Below are positions 21,177 through 31,499 of a stretch of 64,000 bases of DNA, piece after piece; the stretch's first letter is position 1, and every line of letters begins with the position of its first letter. A model generated the notes under the pieces. It had not been told where the DNA came from. It did not search any database and saw only the letters and a list, made by a program, of their open reading frames with translations. Source of the stretch: a virus; the IMG/VR virus record IMGVR_UViG_3300044957_000346, positions 10,429-74,428 of that record; one strand, written 5' to 3'. The position numbers and the translations under genes are program-made.

Positions 21177-22997
21177 ATGTCGGATTTAAAAAATTTAGAT
21201 AAATTACCGGGTGGTGTAGGCGATGGTGTAGATGCCTCAAAATTCAATCCTATACAACTTTCTTTAGGAATACAAATTGAAATGGAGCATACAAATGATC
21301 CTGAAATAGCACAAGAAATCGCGTGCGATCATTTATATGAAGATCCCGCTTATTATACAAAATTGGTAAAAGCTGGTTTAGCCAAAGAATTTCAACCGTC
21401 ACACAACAGCGGTCTCGGTGATCCTGATTATTCAGCTAACGATGCTTCTAGAGTAGGCATCGACGGTTTAAAGAAAGGAAATATGGGTGGTAAAATTGGT
21501 AATACATCTAATGGTCAAGTTGACGGAAGAAATAGTGAACCTATTGTAAATAAAACCGTTGATATTGAATTAGACGAAAAGAAAGGTAAAAAGAAACCAA
21601 AACCAACCAATCCAACTTTATGGGCAAGAGCTAAAGCTGCTGCAAGAGCCAAATTTGATGTATATCCGTGCGTACCACTTGATAGTAAAGCTCTTACAAA
21701 AAATGGATGGAAAACATATGAAGAATTAACTATAGGCGAATTGATATTGACTTATAATATTAATAAAGATGAATTGGAATGGAAACCAATATTAAATCTT
21801 AATTTTTTTGAAAATGCAGAGTTAGTAAGAATGTATAAACCTACAGGTTTTTCAATAAAGTGTACACCTAATCATAAGTGGGTTGTACAAAGAGGAAATG
21901 ATTATTCTATTGTAGAATTGATAGAAACAAAAGATTTACCTAAAAGAGCTAGAATAATAGTATGTGCAGAGTTAAAAAATAATGACAAAATATTATTAGA
22001 AAATTTTTCTAAAACCGATAATTGGACTGAAAATATCATTAATATGAGTTCTGAACAAAGAAAGTCGTTTTTAGCAGCATCTATAATATATGATGGGTGG
22101 GATAAGGGATCTTCTTCAAAAATAGAAGGTCGTCATACTTTTGGATTTGTACAAAAAAATTCAGATCATTTGGATGCTGGTTTATTGGCAGCGTATTTAA
22201 GTGGATATTATGTATCTGTATGTGATAGAGAATCTATAACGTCTGCAAATTTTATAAGAAACAAAAAATTTCATTGTGTTCAAAATATAAAGTTTGAGAA
22301 AACAGAAAATGAGGATGTTTGGTGTCCGACTACCGAAAATAATACCTGGATAATGTACCAAAACGGATTAATTACAATTACAGGCAATTCGGCTTATGCT
22401 AATGGATGGGCCGCTAAGTGGTATAAAAAACACGGTGGTGGCTGGAGAATGAGTGAAGATGCCGAATCTAGTCCAGCCGCAGCTTATGATGGACCATTTC
22501 CATCACAAGTATCTCCAGATGGACAAGGCACTTATGGAAGTGGATATGATTTTGTAGGTTTTGCGGAAAATAAAGGTACAATTATGAAAAAAGAACAACT
22601 TAAAGAAGCTATCAAAAAATTAGTAAAACAAACATTGATTGAACAAGAACAAGACGATGTTGATGTAGCAGCCGAAGATGAAACTGTTACTATTACATTG
22701 GACAAACAACTTGCACAAAAATTGCATGATTTATTAATGACTCAACTTCAACCAGAAACTCCAGCAGGTCCAGAAGATGCAAACGATGTTGTGACTGCAG
22801 AAGATGACAAAGAAACAGTTGCTGCAAATATGAGTAGCGACCGACTACCACCAGGAGCTCTTCATAAACAACTTGGAGTTCCATCTGGAGAAAAAATACC
22901 AGCTGGTAAATTAGCAGATGCTGCTAATAAAGGCGGTAAACTTGGTAAGAGAGACAGATTAGCTCAAACATTGAGTAAGATTGCCAAGAAAAAGTAA
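21177..22997 (+). CDS. Modular putative virion protein (DUF5661-like N-terminus) containing an intein
   Basis: GIQIEMEHT...DHL.EDP.YY.KL; KFDVYP|intein|SAYANGW..KWYK..GGGW; C-terminal PGALHKQLGVP.GEKIP motif. Confidence 0.75.
   Translation: MSDLKNLDKLPGGVGDGVDASKFNPIQLSLGIQIEMEHTNDPEIAQEIACDHLYEDPAYYTKLVKAGLAKEFQPSHNSGLGDPDYSANDASRVGIDGLKKGNMGGKIGNTSNGQVDGRNSEPIVNKTVDIELDEKKGKKKPKPTNPTLWARAKAAARAKFDVYPCVPLDSKALTKNGWKTYEELTIGELILTYNINKDELEWKPILNLNFFENAELVRMYKPTGFSIKCTPNHKWVVQRGNDYSIVELIETKDLPKRARIIVCAELKNNDKILLENFSKTDNWTENIINMSSEQRKSFLAASIIYDGWDKGSSSKIEGRHTFGFVQKNSDHLDAGLLAAYLSGYYVSVCDRESITSANFIRNKKFHCVQNIKFEKTENEDVWCPTTENNTWIMYQNGLITITGNSAYANGWAAKWYKKHGGGWRMSEDAESSPAAAYDGPFPSQVSPDGQGTYGSGYDFVGFAENKGTIMKKEQLKEAIKKLVKQTLIEQEQDDVDVAAEDETVTITLDKQLAQKLHDLLMTQLQPETPAGPEDANDVVTAEDDKETVAANMSSDRLPPGALHKQLGVPSGEKIPAGKLADAANKGGKLGKRDRLAQTLSKIAKKK
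21669..22388 (+). mobile_element. Contiguous intein (240 aa) with degenerate LAGLIDADG-like segment
   Basis: CVPLDSKALTKNGWK block A, CTPNHKW block B, FLAASIIYDG, VWCPTTENNTW...ITGN|S. Confidence 0.9.
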
Positions 22998-23018
22998 ATA
23001 ATAAATTAAAGGATATAT

Positions 23019-24878
23019 ATGTCTTTATTTAAAATTAAAAAAACTGGGGAAATAGGATTCTTTTCAGATAAGTTACGACCATCGTATGACATCTATCATA
23101 GTAAAGTTTATTATTTTTTAGACATTGTTGATCCTACAACTGATTGGGAAGCAGCTACGGAACCTGGATACTATAAGTTCACAGGAGACCACAAAAGAGT
23201 GTCGTCTGTTGAATTGGTACCATTATCTAAGAAAGATTTAAAAAAAGCTCAAAAAAATAATACAATGGATGTTTTATTAAAACCGGAATTATTGGAAGAA
23301 AATGCGGAAATGTCGCAAAGCGATGTAAATAAGATAATCAAATACAGTGAAGAATTGCAGAACATGTTCTCTATAAATGATAATCTTGAGGATTGGGTTA
23401 AGGCTAAATTGAATCATGCTTGTGATTACGTAGCTACTGTAAGAGATTATTTAAAGTTTTATAGAGATGAAAAAGAATCTTTACAAAAACTTTTTAAAGA
23501 AGCGAGAGAATTAGAGTCTAAATATAAAAATTTTAATGATGTAATTGATGGTATTCAATACGCATTGGATATTGCTGGTTTAGAACCTACTTTCGGTACA
23601 GCAGCTGATGCAACGAATGTTGTAATTAGTCTTTTAAGAGCAGCTTTAGCTAAAGAAAAAAATGAATCCAAAAAACATTTATTAAATTCCGCTATAAGTG
23701 CTGTTTCTATAATACCATTTGGGGATTTAGCAAAATTAATAAAAATAAGACTAATTAGAAAACCCGCAGTAAAACTTTTAAAATTTGCTAAAAAATATTT
23801 AAACTCCAAAACCCCATCATATTCCGAAAAATTATTTGAAAAGTGGACCAAAAAATATAAGAAAAGTATAAATTGTGACGCTCCAAAAGGTTTCAGTCAG
23901 AAAGCACATTGTAGAGCCAGAAAGTTGAGACAATCTGGTCAGCCTACAAGTAGTAAACCTGTGAGAGAAGTTTATAAAGAGGTTACGAATCAACTCCTTA
24001 AAGAGTTTAATAGTAGTATGGCTATGGGCGCATTGAAACAAATACACAATGACGCAAAAGAATTAGAAAGTATGCTACAGCCTAATACACAATTGGAAGA
24101 TTGGGTAAAAGCTAAGTTAAACTTGGCCGGTGAATACTTGGACGATGTGTATCATCACCTAGATCACTTCGGTCCAGAGGGTAGAACCCTTGATGAAGTA
24201 CGTGTGTCAAGAGAACTTGAAGAAGGTTGGAAAGATTGGGTCGTCGCCGGAGCTTTGGGTTTGGGGACATTAACTGGAAAAGTTGATGCTGCAAATGTAA
24301 AACAACCATCACGTTCGGTTGTACAAACAGCTACAAAGAATAGTGAATCGTCGTTATTAGATAAAAAGACTAGTGATTATATTGGACAGTGGGAAGGAAA
24401 ACGAAATGGTGTATATTTGGATACCGAAAAGAACCCTACAATTGGCATTGGTCATTATCTAAACAATACTAAACAAGATCGTGATTTGTTCAACGCTCTA
24501 TTTGGTAATTCTGTAAATTATGATGCGATTTTAAACGGTAAACAAAAATTGACAGACGATCAAATTGAGAAGTTGTTCAATGTAGATGTAAAAGTAAAGG
24601 AAAGACTGGCAAGTAACAAGATTAGCGATTTTGAATCACTTCCGCAATATGTAAAGAACGGAGTCGTTAATGGTTTTTATCGTGGTGATATTGGACCAAA
24701 AACTATTAAGTTGATGAATAGTGGTAACTGGGGAGCTGTTGCTAAAGAATATTTGAATCATCAAAATGCTCGTAGTGGTCCGGAGCAAATTCAAAGAAGA
24801 ATGAAAACAAATGCTTTAGCTTTTGCTAAATATGCCAAGGCTAAGAACGAATATTTTGGTTTTAATTATTATTTTTAA
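23019..24878 (+). CDS. Modular putative virion protein with C-terminal phage lysozyme (GH24-like)
   Basis: Two LEDWVKAKLN repeats, a pre-toxin-TG-like segment, KW.KKYKKSINC..PKGFSQKAHC motif, WEG...YLD...PTIGIGH catalytic E/D/T. Confidence 0.75.
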   Translation: MSLFKIKKTGEIGFFSDKLRPSYDIYHSKVYYFLDIVDPTTDWEAATEPGYYKFTGDHKRVSSVELVPLSKKDLKKAQKNNTMDVLLKPELLEENAEMSQSDVNKIIKYSEELQNMFSINDNLEDWVKAKLNHACDYVATVRDYLKFYRDEKESLQKLFKEARELESKYKNFNDVIDGIQYALDIAGLEPTFGTAADATNVVISLLRAALAKEKNESKKHLLNSAISAVSIIPFGDLAKLIKIRLIRKPAVKLLKFAKKYLNSKTPSYSEKLFEKWTKKYKKSINCDAPKGFSQKAHCRARKLRQSGQPTSSKPVREVYKEVTNQLLKEFNSSMAMGALKQIHNDAKELESMLQPNTQLEDWVKAKLNLAGEYLDDVYHHLDHFGPEGRTLDEVRVSRELEEGWKDWVVAGALGLGTLTGKVDAANVKQPSRSVVQTATKNSESSLLDKKTSDYIGQWEGKRNGVYLDTEKNPTIGIGHYLNNTKQDRDLFNALFGNSVNYDAILNGKQKLTDDQIEKLFNVDVKVKERLASNKISDFESLPQYVKNGVVNGFYRGDIGPKTIKLMNSGNWGAVAKEYLNHQNARSGPEQIQRRMKTNALAFAKYAKAKNEYFGFNYYF

Positions 24879-24881
24879 ATT

Positions 24882-25217
24882 ATGGACGATTGGCCTACAA
24901 TGGGCATGGATCATCTTTCCTCTAGAATGATTCAGTCTAAATTGACGCAAACCAACTCTGTAAATGGTTTCGATCCATATCAAGTAATGTTGAAACGAAA
25001 TCGTTCTACTGTTGAAAATGATTGTGGGTATATTAATACACCAGTACAACAATATGATCCCAAAGATATACAAGAGTTGGAAGAGTTTTGTCAACAGTAT
25101 GGTATAGTAGGATTTAACTTTGGCAAAATGCATCCTAAGTCGGCGTTGCAAATGCTCAGGAACAAAATGGGGATTGTTAAAGAAAATACCATCAATAAAA
25201 AAATGTTGTGTGGGTAA
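24882..25217 (+). CDS. Hypothetical protein
   Basis: ATG ORF in operon. Confidence 0.6.
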   Translation: MDDWPTMGMDHLSSRMIQSKLTQTNSVNGFDPYQVMLKRNRSTVENDCGYINTPVQQYDPKDIQELEEFCQQYGIVGFNFGKMHPKSALQMLRNKMGIVKENTINKKMLCG

Positions 25218-25220
25218 AAT

Positions 25221-26627
25221 TTGTTATTTATAACAAATAACATTGTTATGATAAAATTTGTAGAAAAAAATGACGACCCACTTTTAGTACGATTTGAAGT
25301 TAACTATAATTGCGTCAATGAAAAGGTTCTTATATTATGGGAGGACGAAAAAACTTTAATTCCACAATATTCTGACTTTTTATCCATATCACAGAATGGT
25401 ATATACTATTGTACATTAAATAAGTCTCTCAATTTTTTTAAGAATGATTTAAATTTTAAAATAATAAGCTTAAAAACATATGAAGTTTTATTTTGTTATA
25501 AATTTATAAATCTGTCATTCTTAAGAGAAAAAAATATATTATACATTTCTCAAAATAACCATACTGGATATAGTTACGCTGCCAAAAATTATATATATCA
25601 ATTATTACAACAGGGGTATAATATAACGTGGGATGTTTCAAAATTTGGAAATTCTTCATATAAGGCTTGTAATGATTATGAAAAACTAGTTGCCGATTGT
25701 ATAAATAAAAATATTAATTATGATGCGGTTATAATACATCATGTACCAGACATATGGGCAGATATTGCAAAAACTATACCCAGAGGTAAAAAAATATATG
25801 GATTAACCGTTTGGGAAACTAATAAATTACATGAAGATTGGGTTAATTTTATAAATAATAGCGGAGTAGATGAGTTGATCGTTCCTTCATTTTTCAATCA
25901 AAAAATTTTTAAAAACAGCAAGGTAAACAAAAAAATAAATGTTTGGCGTCACGATATATTTCCGTTCACAACAAATAACAATTTAGATTCGGAAAAAATA
26001 TTTTCTAGATTTTATTATTATGATAATAACAAGTTTACAAACAAAGATGTGGATGTTAAATCTATTATAAAAAATAGAACGGTGTACTATAATATAAGTC
26101 AGTATAATGAACGAAAAAATATAGATCAAGTATTAAAAACTTTTTGCAAAAAATTTAAAAAATCTGATAATGTTTGTTTGTTTATTAAAACATTTTTCAA
26201 AGAATTTTCAGAATGTCAAACAGAAATGTTAAAATATAAATTTATGAACATACTTCGTGAATATAAAGATATTCCTCCCATAATTTTTTGTTTTGACAAT
26301 TTAAACAACGATGAGATTAATTTCATACATGAATTTGGAGATGTATATTTTACATTAAATCGTGGAGAAGGATTTGGTCTTTGTACATATACCGCAAAAA
26401 AAATTGGAAATAAGGTTATATGTGGTAAATTCGGTGCGGAAAAAGAATTTTTAGGAGAGAATGATATAGTGTTGGACTATACATTAGTAGACACATTTAA
26501 TATGGAGGTATACCACAATTGGTACGAAAACCAACAGTGGGCATCATATGATTTTGATTTGGTATTGTCTAAGTTGAGATATTTTCCAAAAACAAATAAA
26601 AAATTATATAATTATACACATGATTAA
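25221..26627 (+). CDS. GT4-like glycosyltransferase
   Basis: TGY..AA, WET, VPS, RKN, RGEGFGL; paralog of ORF 7212. Confidence 0.8.
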   Translation: MLFITNNIVMIKFVEKNDDPLLVRFEVNYNCVNEKVLILWEDEKTLIPQYSDFLSISQNGIYYCTLNKSLNFFKNDLNFKIISLKTYEVLFCYKFINLSFLREKNILYISQNNHTGYSYAAKNYIYQLLQQGYNITWDVSKFGNSSYKACNDYEKLVADCINKNINYDAVIIHHVPDIWADIAKTIPRGKKIYGLTVWETNKLHEDWVNFINNSGVDELIVPSFFNQKIFKNSKVNKKINVWRHDIFPFTTNNNLDSEKIFSRFYYYDNNKFTNKDVDVKSIIKNRTVYYNISQYNERKNIDQVLKTFCKKFKKSDNVCLFIKTFFKEFSECQTEMLKYKFMNILREYKDIPPIIFCFDNLNNDEINFIHEFGDVYFTLNRGEGFGLCTYTAKKIGNKVICGKFGAEKEFLGENDIVLDYTLVDTFNMEVYHNWYENQQWASYDFDLVLSKLRYFPKTNKKLYNYTHD

Positions 26628-27026
26628 AAAATAAGCACAGCCGATATTATTGTGTGTAGAATTATAGATGGAAATACAGAAATACTATTAACATTGATAT
26701 CTCCACATAGTTTTTGTGGTAACAAATGGTGTATTCCTGGTGGGCATTTAAATGAAAATGAAAATCCGATTGATGGAGGTATTAGAGAGTTATGTGAAGA
26801 AACTGGTATAGATTTACGAAGTATTAGAAATAAAGTAAAAAAATTATTTGTACACAAATTAAACGAACACAGAGCTAAATTTGGAGCGACTTATGTGTGC
26901 ATACTGCCTAAGAATTTCAAATATACTGTGAGTGTTCAACCATCGGAAGTTTCGGAGGCTCGCTGGTTTGATATACAAAAATTCCCCATGATAATATTGC
27001 ATTTGATTATGGGGATATTCTATTAA
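26620..27026 (+). pseudogene. NUDIX hydrolase, apparently frameshifted at both ends
   Basis: Nudix box GGHLNENENPIDGGIRELCEETG; ATG 26620 out of frame by an A-run; IAFDY tail in another frame. Confidence 0.7.
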
Positions 27027-27042
27027 AATTTAAGAAAAAAAA

Positions 27043-27294
27043 TTACAAAGTAAATTTTGGCTTCTTCAGATCTTCTGGTAATAAATCTTGTAGAGGTGCT
27101 TGACATTTTGTGCAAACTGGTACTGCAATAGGTACTAATGCATCTTTAGTTGTGCCTGTTAGTAGTCTACTGACTTTACGAAACATATTACCTTGTACAA
27201 ATACTTCATTTCCACACTCACACGCAACTGGTGTAGTATCTTTAATACCAAAAGGAAGTGTTTGTGGAGGTTCTGGTTGTTCAAATCTATTCAT
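27043..27294 (-). CDS. Small Zn-ribbon protein
   Basis: CECG ... CTKC. Confidence 0.65.
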   Translation of the reverse strand: MNRFEQPEPPQTLPFGIKDTTPVACECGNEVFVQGNMFRKVSRLLTGTTKDALVPIAVPVCTKCQAPLQDLLPEDLKKPKFTL

Positions 27295-27297
27295 ATT

Positions 27298-29736
27298 TTA
27301 TCTTATTCCTTTTCTTTTTTTGTAATCGTCTAACGCGGCATTAAGTGCTTCCTGTGCTAACACACTACAGTGAATTTTAACTGGTGGAAGTCCACCCAAT
27401 GCTTCTACTATGTTATCATTGCTAAAATTTTTTTCAAGATCTTCTATTGTTCTACCCTTAATAAGTTCGGTTGCCACACTAGAAGCAGCTATAGCACTGC
27501 CACAGTTATGTGACATTGCTCTTAATACAAAGAAACAGTTTGAACCTTCATTTAATTCTAAATCATAAACAATATAATTGTCATTAGATTTTTCCAATCC
27601 TCTTAATTCATTAACATGTGTAATTTCTTTTTTTGATTTTAATGCAATTCCATTATGAATAAATCTTTGAATATCATTAATGCAAGTATCCAATTCATTT
27701 TTTTCAACAAACATCACATCAAAACCAGCAGATGAATAATCTTTTCTTTTTTGTATCATCCATCCTTGATTTTCACGATTTTGCATAAAATGAGGTAAAT
27801 TTTTAGTATAAACTTCAATTACTTTTTTTTGACCATTTACTTTAAAATCAGGATTAAATCTTTTTCCATCTGGTGTGTTTATCCAAAACTTATAATCTCC
27901 TACGTATCTTAAATCTAGATTTTCATTTACAAATTTATTAATAAACTTTTTTTCTAATAAAGTTGGTCTTTTCCACTGATCTTTTTTAATTCCCTCTTGC
28001 CAGTTTTTAACATATTCTGGATTTTTCCACATTTTTTTACAAGAAATGCTTGTTTTAAAACTAGAAATTTCAAGATTTTTTCTTTTGTATTTTTTTTGAT
28101 TCTGAGGCAATTCTTTTTGTTTCATCAATCCAAGATTATTTCTTTTTGAAATTTTTTTTGAATTGATATCTTTTAACCATTGTTGTTTTCTAACATTATT
28201 AATTGAACGGAGTTCTCGTTCTGTCATTTCCAATACTTCCATTCCAATTTCAAAATTTTCTGTTACTAATGGTCTATTATCTGCGCCCCACCAAACATGG
28301 TCTTTAGTGCAAATTATTTTTTTCCTTAATCCAAAATCTAATACACATAAATCATCGGAAGATACTTCTTTTTTAACAATATTTTTAACAGTATTTTTAA
28401 CTACAGAGCTTCCATTCCATGTCCAAATTTGATCACCTATTTTTAAGTTTTTAATGGATGTATATCCGTTTGGAGTAGCAATTGGACTATTACCACCTAA
28501 GCATCCAAATGTCTTGAATCGAGCATCAATAACTTTATTGGTTTGTTCATCGATTCTGAGACTAATCTTCATTATATCACCACAATTTTTAACGACTATT
28601 CCTTCTTCAACATTCAGGGTGATACGTGATAAAACAATATAATTATTATTTTCCTCAACTTGTAATGTATATGTTTGAATTTCTCCAATATATTCTCGTT
28701 TGATTATATTGTGATTATAATGTTTGCATTCATCAAAAAACTCAGTCCATGATGGAAATCTTGTTGATAAAGACTGTGGAATTTTATTTTGTTTGGCATA
28801 AGATCGCCAAAGATTAGCGGTCAACTTACCGTGTTGTTTATATAAATTATTTCCTATTTTGAATAAATCTTCATCCGAATATCCTAACCACTTCGGATTT
28901 TTATTTCTCGGCTTAGAAGCGAATTTATATTTCCATTCATCGGACGTTTTATGATAACAATTATTATTTCCTTTTTGTCTTAGAGATATTAACTTCCTCT
29001 GTTCTTCGGTGGCCAATTTTGAAAAATGATTTGCCAATTCACTTTTGTCATCAAACTTGTTAATGTTTTCCAATAAAATGTCTTTATTAATACATACATC
29101 AAATGTTTTTGGTCTATCCCAATTTGGGTTTGTCAACTTAGTATGATCTGATTTTGGTAATCCTTGCAAATTACTAATACAGTTATTTTGTTTGTTTTCA
29201 TCTATGTGATGTATATCATATCCTATAGTATTATGGTCAGGATTGTGAAATTTATAAATTTCAATGTGTTCTTTCCTATGTTTGGTTTTTCTAATTTCCC
29301 AATATCCATTTTTGATTATTTTTCGTTTGAATGGATAAATAGAATCATCACTTGTTAATAATTTATTTTCAACATATTGTTTTTTAGGACGAGTGAGAAA
29401 TTTATGATCTTCCGTACATGTTATTGTACCGCCATCATTTAATGTCAATTTATATACTTTTTTGACACCAGATACAACTCCTATAGCATTTTTTATTTCA
29501 AATAAATTTGTTTTAGTATTAAAGCTCCAAACAGGGGTTATTTTGTTTACTAAATTTTTAATAGGAGTATGTAAATTACCATCCGCTGTTGCTATTAAAG
29601 TATCACCATCAAAACATGCTGCAGCCCCTACTTCACCTATAGCGTTTGCTTCTTTTATGTCACCCATATTTCTGGGATTCATAAAATGATCCATTACAGT
29701 TTGATTATATAGAGTATAAGATTCATTCATACCCAT
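27298..29736 (-). CDS. iscU: Fe-S cluster scaffold IscU/NifU-N with two inteins (mature about 135 aa)
   Basis: Exteins join to VMDHFMNPRNMG...GAAA-CGDIMKI...FKTFG-CGSAIAASS...GGLPPVKIHCSVLA. Confidence 0.93.
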   Translation of the reverse strand: MGMNESYTLYNQTVMDHFMNPRNMGDIKEANAIGEVGAAACFDGDTLIATADGNLHTPIKNLVNKITPVWSFNTKTNLFEIKNAIGVVSGVKKVYKLTLNDGGTITCTEDHKFLTRPKKQYVENKLLTSDDSIYPFKRKIIKNGYWEIRKTKHRKEHIEIYKFHNPDHNTIGYDIHHIDENKQNNCISNLQGLPKSDHTKLTNPNWDRPKTFDVCINKDILLENINKFDDKSELANHFSKLATEEQRKLISLRQKGNNNCYHKTSDEWKYKFASKPRNKNPKWLGYSDEDLFKIGNNLYKQHGKLTANLWRSYAKQNKIPQSLSTRFPSWTEFFDECKHYNHNIIKREYIGEIQTYTLQVEENNNYIVLSRITLNVEEGIVVKNCGDIMKISLRIDEQTNKVIDARFKTFGCLGGNSPIATPNGYTSIKNLKIGDQIWTWNGSSVVKNTVKNIVKKEVSSDDLCVLDFGLRKKIICTKDHVWWGADNRPLVTENFEIGMEVLEMTERELRSINNVRKQQWLKDINSKKISKRNNLGLMKQKELPQNQKKYKRKNLEISSFKTSISCKKMWKNPEYVKNWQEGIKKDQWKRPTLLEKKFINKFVNENLDLRYVGDYKFWINTPDGKRFNPDFKVNGQKKVIEVYTKNLPHFMQNRENQGWMIQKRKDYSSAGFDVMFVEKNELDTCINDIQRFIHNGIALKSKKEITHVNELRGLEKSNDNYIVYDLELNEGSNCFFVLRAMSHNCGSAIAASSVATELIKGRTIEDLEKNFSNDNIVEALGGLPPVKIHCSVLAQEALNAALDDYKKRKGIR
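27505..28503 (-). mobile_element. IscU intein 2 (333 aa) with PD-(D/E)xK/Vsr-like domain
   Basis: CLGGNSPIATPNG, CTKDH, PT.LE...NPDF...VIEVY, VYDLEL...SHN|C. Confidence 0.9.
28585..29616 (-). mobile_element. IscU intein 1 (344 aa) with HNH domain
   Basis: CFDGDT block A, CTEDHKF block B, IHHIDENKQNNCISNL, TYTLQVE..NNY...VKN|C. Confidence 0.9.
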
Positions 29737-29738
29737 AA

Positions 29739-30845
29739 TTATATTCCTATTTGCTGTAAATCGTGAATTACCATTTTTTCTACAAGTTGTTTAAAATATG
29801 TCTTTGGAATCCAGTTTAATTCATTTCGTGCTTTTGTACTATCTCCGAGTAATAAATCTACTTCTGCGGGCCTGTAGAACTTGTGATTTATTTTAACTAA
29901 TACACTATTTGATGGATCGTATCTATTTGCATCTTTTACGCTAATACTAAATTCTGCATTTTCGGCTTCTCCGTGCCATATTCCATCAATGTCGGCAGCT
30001 TTAAAAGCTTCAAATACAAATTCTTCAATAGTATGAGTTTCATTGCTGGATAGTACATATTCTTTTGGTTCATTTTGATTTAACATTTTCCAAATACCGT
30101 CAACAAAATCTTCGGCATCACTCCAATCTCTGCTAGCTTTAACATTTCCCAGTTCAATACTGTCAAACGGTTTACCTTCTAAAAGCGCTTTTTTAATTCT
30201 AGCTACGCCCTTAGTGATTTTACGAGTTACAAACTCTTCACCTCTTCTAGTTCCTTCGTGATTGAATAATAAACCTTGTATTGCAAACAGATTGTAAGAT
30301 TCACGATATACTTTGACCAACTGTCGTGCTGCCGATTTGCTTGCGCCATATGGACTACGAGGTTTATATGGATGTTTTTCATCTTGCGGAACATATTCTA
30401 CGTCGCCGTACTCTTCACTACTTCCAGCATTATAAAATCTACAAGATGGCTTGTATTGTTTAATAGCCTGCAATATATGAATTATACCGCACGTATTACA
30501 TTCCCAGGTTTGTGATGGAAAATCCCAGGAAGATCCAACAAATGATTGCGCTGCTAAGTTTATAAAATAATCTGGCTTTAAATTTTCAACAATATTGTAT
30601 ATACTATGTGCATCGCTTAAATCAAAATTTACAAGATGAAATCTTGGATTGTTTTCTAAATGTACGATGTTGTCGTGGTTTTTGATGCTCAATCTTCTTG
30701 TTCCGCCAAAAATTATGTAATCGGTATTTTTTAGCAAATAATCAACCATGAAGCTACCATCTTGACCAGTCACTCCTGTAACGAATACTGTTTTTTTATC
30801 TTTGTTTAAAAACGAAACTGCATCTTTCACATTATATGTTTGCAT
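29739..30845 (-). CDS. gmd: GDP-mannose 4,6-dehydratase
   Basis: TGVTGQDGS, NLAAQSFV, SPYGASK, FNHE..RRGEEFVTRKI, RPAEV. Confidence 0.95.
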   Translation of the reverse strand: MQTYNVKDAVSFLNKDKKTVFVTGVTGQDGSFMVDYLLKNTDYIIFGGTRRLSIKNHDNIVHLENNPRFHLVNFDLSDAHSIYNIVENLKPDYFINLAAQSFVGSSWDFPSQTWECNTCGIIHILQAIKQYKPSCRFYNAGSSEEYGDVEYVPQDEKHPYKPRSPYGASKSAARQLVKVYRESYNLFAIQGLLFNHEGTRRGEEFVTRKITKGVARIKKALLEGKPFDSIELGNVKASRDWSDAEDFVDGIWKMLNQNEPKEYVLSSNETHTIEEFVFEAFKAADIDGIWHGEAENAEFSISVKDANRYDPSNSVLVKINHKFYRPAEVDLLLGDSTKARNELNWIPKTYFKQLVEKMVIHDLQQIGI

Positions 30846-30859
30846 AAATTATTTGTTTA

Positions 30860-31315
30860 TTATTCATTATCTAAATAGTCTTCACCGTCGTCGTTATCAA
30901 TATTATATTTTTGTTTAAAACGAATCATATCTTCATTTGTTATTTTCATATAATGTAAAATTATTTGTATCAAAAATATAATGCTATCTTTGGAGAAATT
31001 ATATTTTTTACAATATTCTGAGATTTTGTTCGCTATAAATAATATTTTTTTTCGGGTATTATCGGCTATGCCTAACTCTAATTTATGTGGTTGACGGGTG
31101 GGATATAATCCCGGTATGTCATTTTTATTAATAAATTTTTGTGTATTTATAATAATTTTTTTGTTGATTTCTTCTTCAATTTCGATGTCATTTTTTCCCG
31201 CATCTTTTAACTTTTTCTCCAACGATCTTATATAAGAAGGCTTTATTTTTTTAGCAATATTAAAATTGCTTAATACTCCGTGTTTTGTTAACAAATGTTG
31301 AAATTTACTGTTCAT
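30860..31315 (-). CDS. Hypothetical protein
   Basis: ORF in minus-strand operon. Confidence 0.55.
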   Translation of the reverse strand: MNSKFQHLLTKHGVLSNFNIAKKIKPSYIRSLEKKLKDAGKNDIEIEEEINKKIIINTQKFINKNDIPGLYPTRQPHKLELGIADNTRKKILFIANKISEYCKKYNFSKDSIIFLIQIILHYMKITNEDMIRFKQKYNIDNDDGEDYLDNE

Positions 31316-31499
31316 CTAGATATATTAAATATATATATAATTATGAACAAAGTAGCTTTATTTATTGATGCGTTTATAACATCCGATGAAAAATTTCATG
31401 TATTTACAAATAATATTCATAAATTTGCAAAGTGTGATTGGGATATATTCGTTATAAACAATAAAAAATATAACAATGCAACATTAAGAAAAATTTAGA

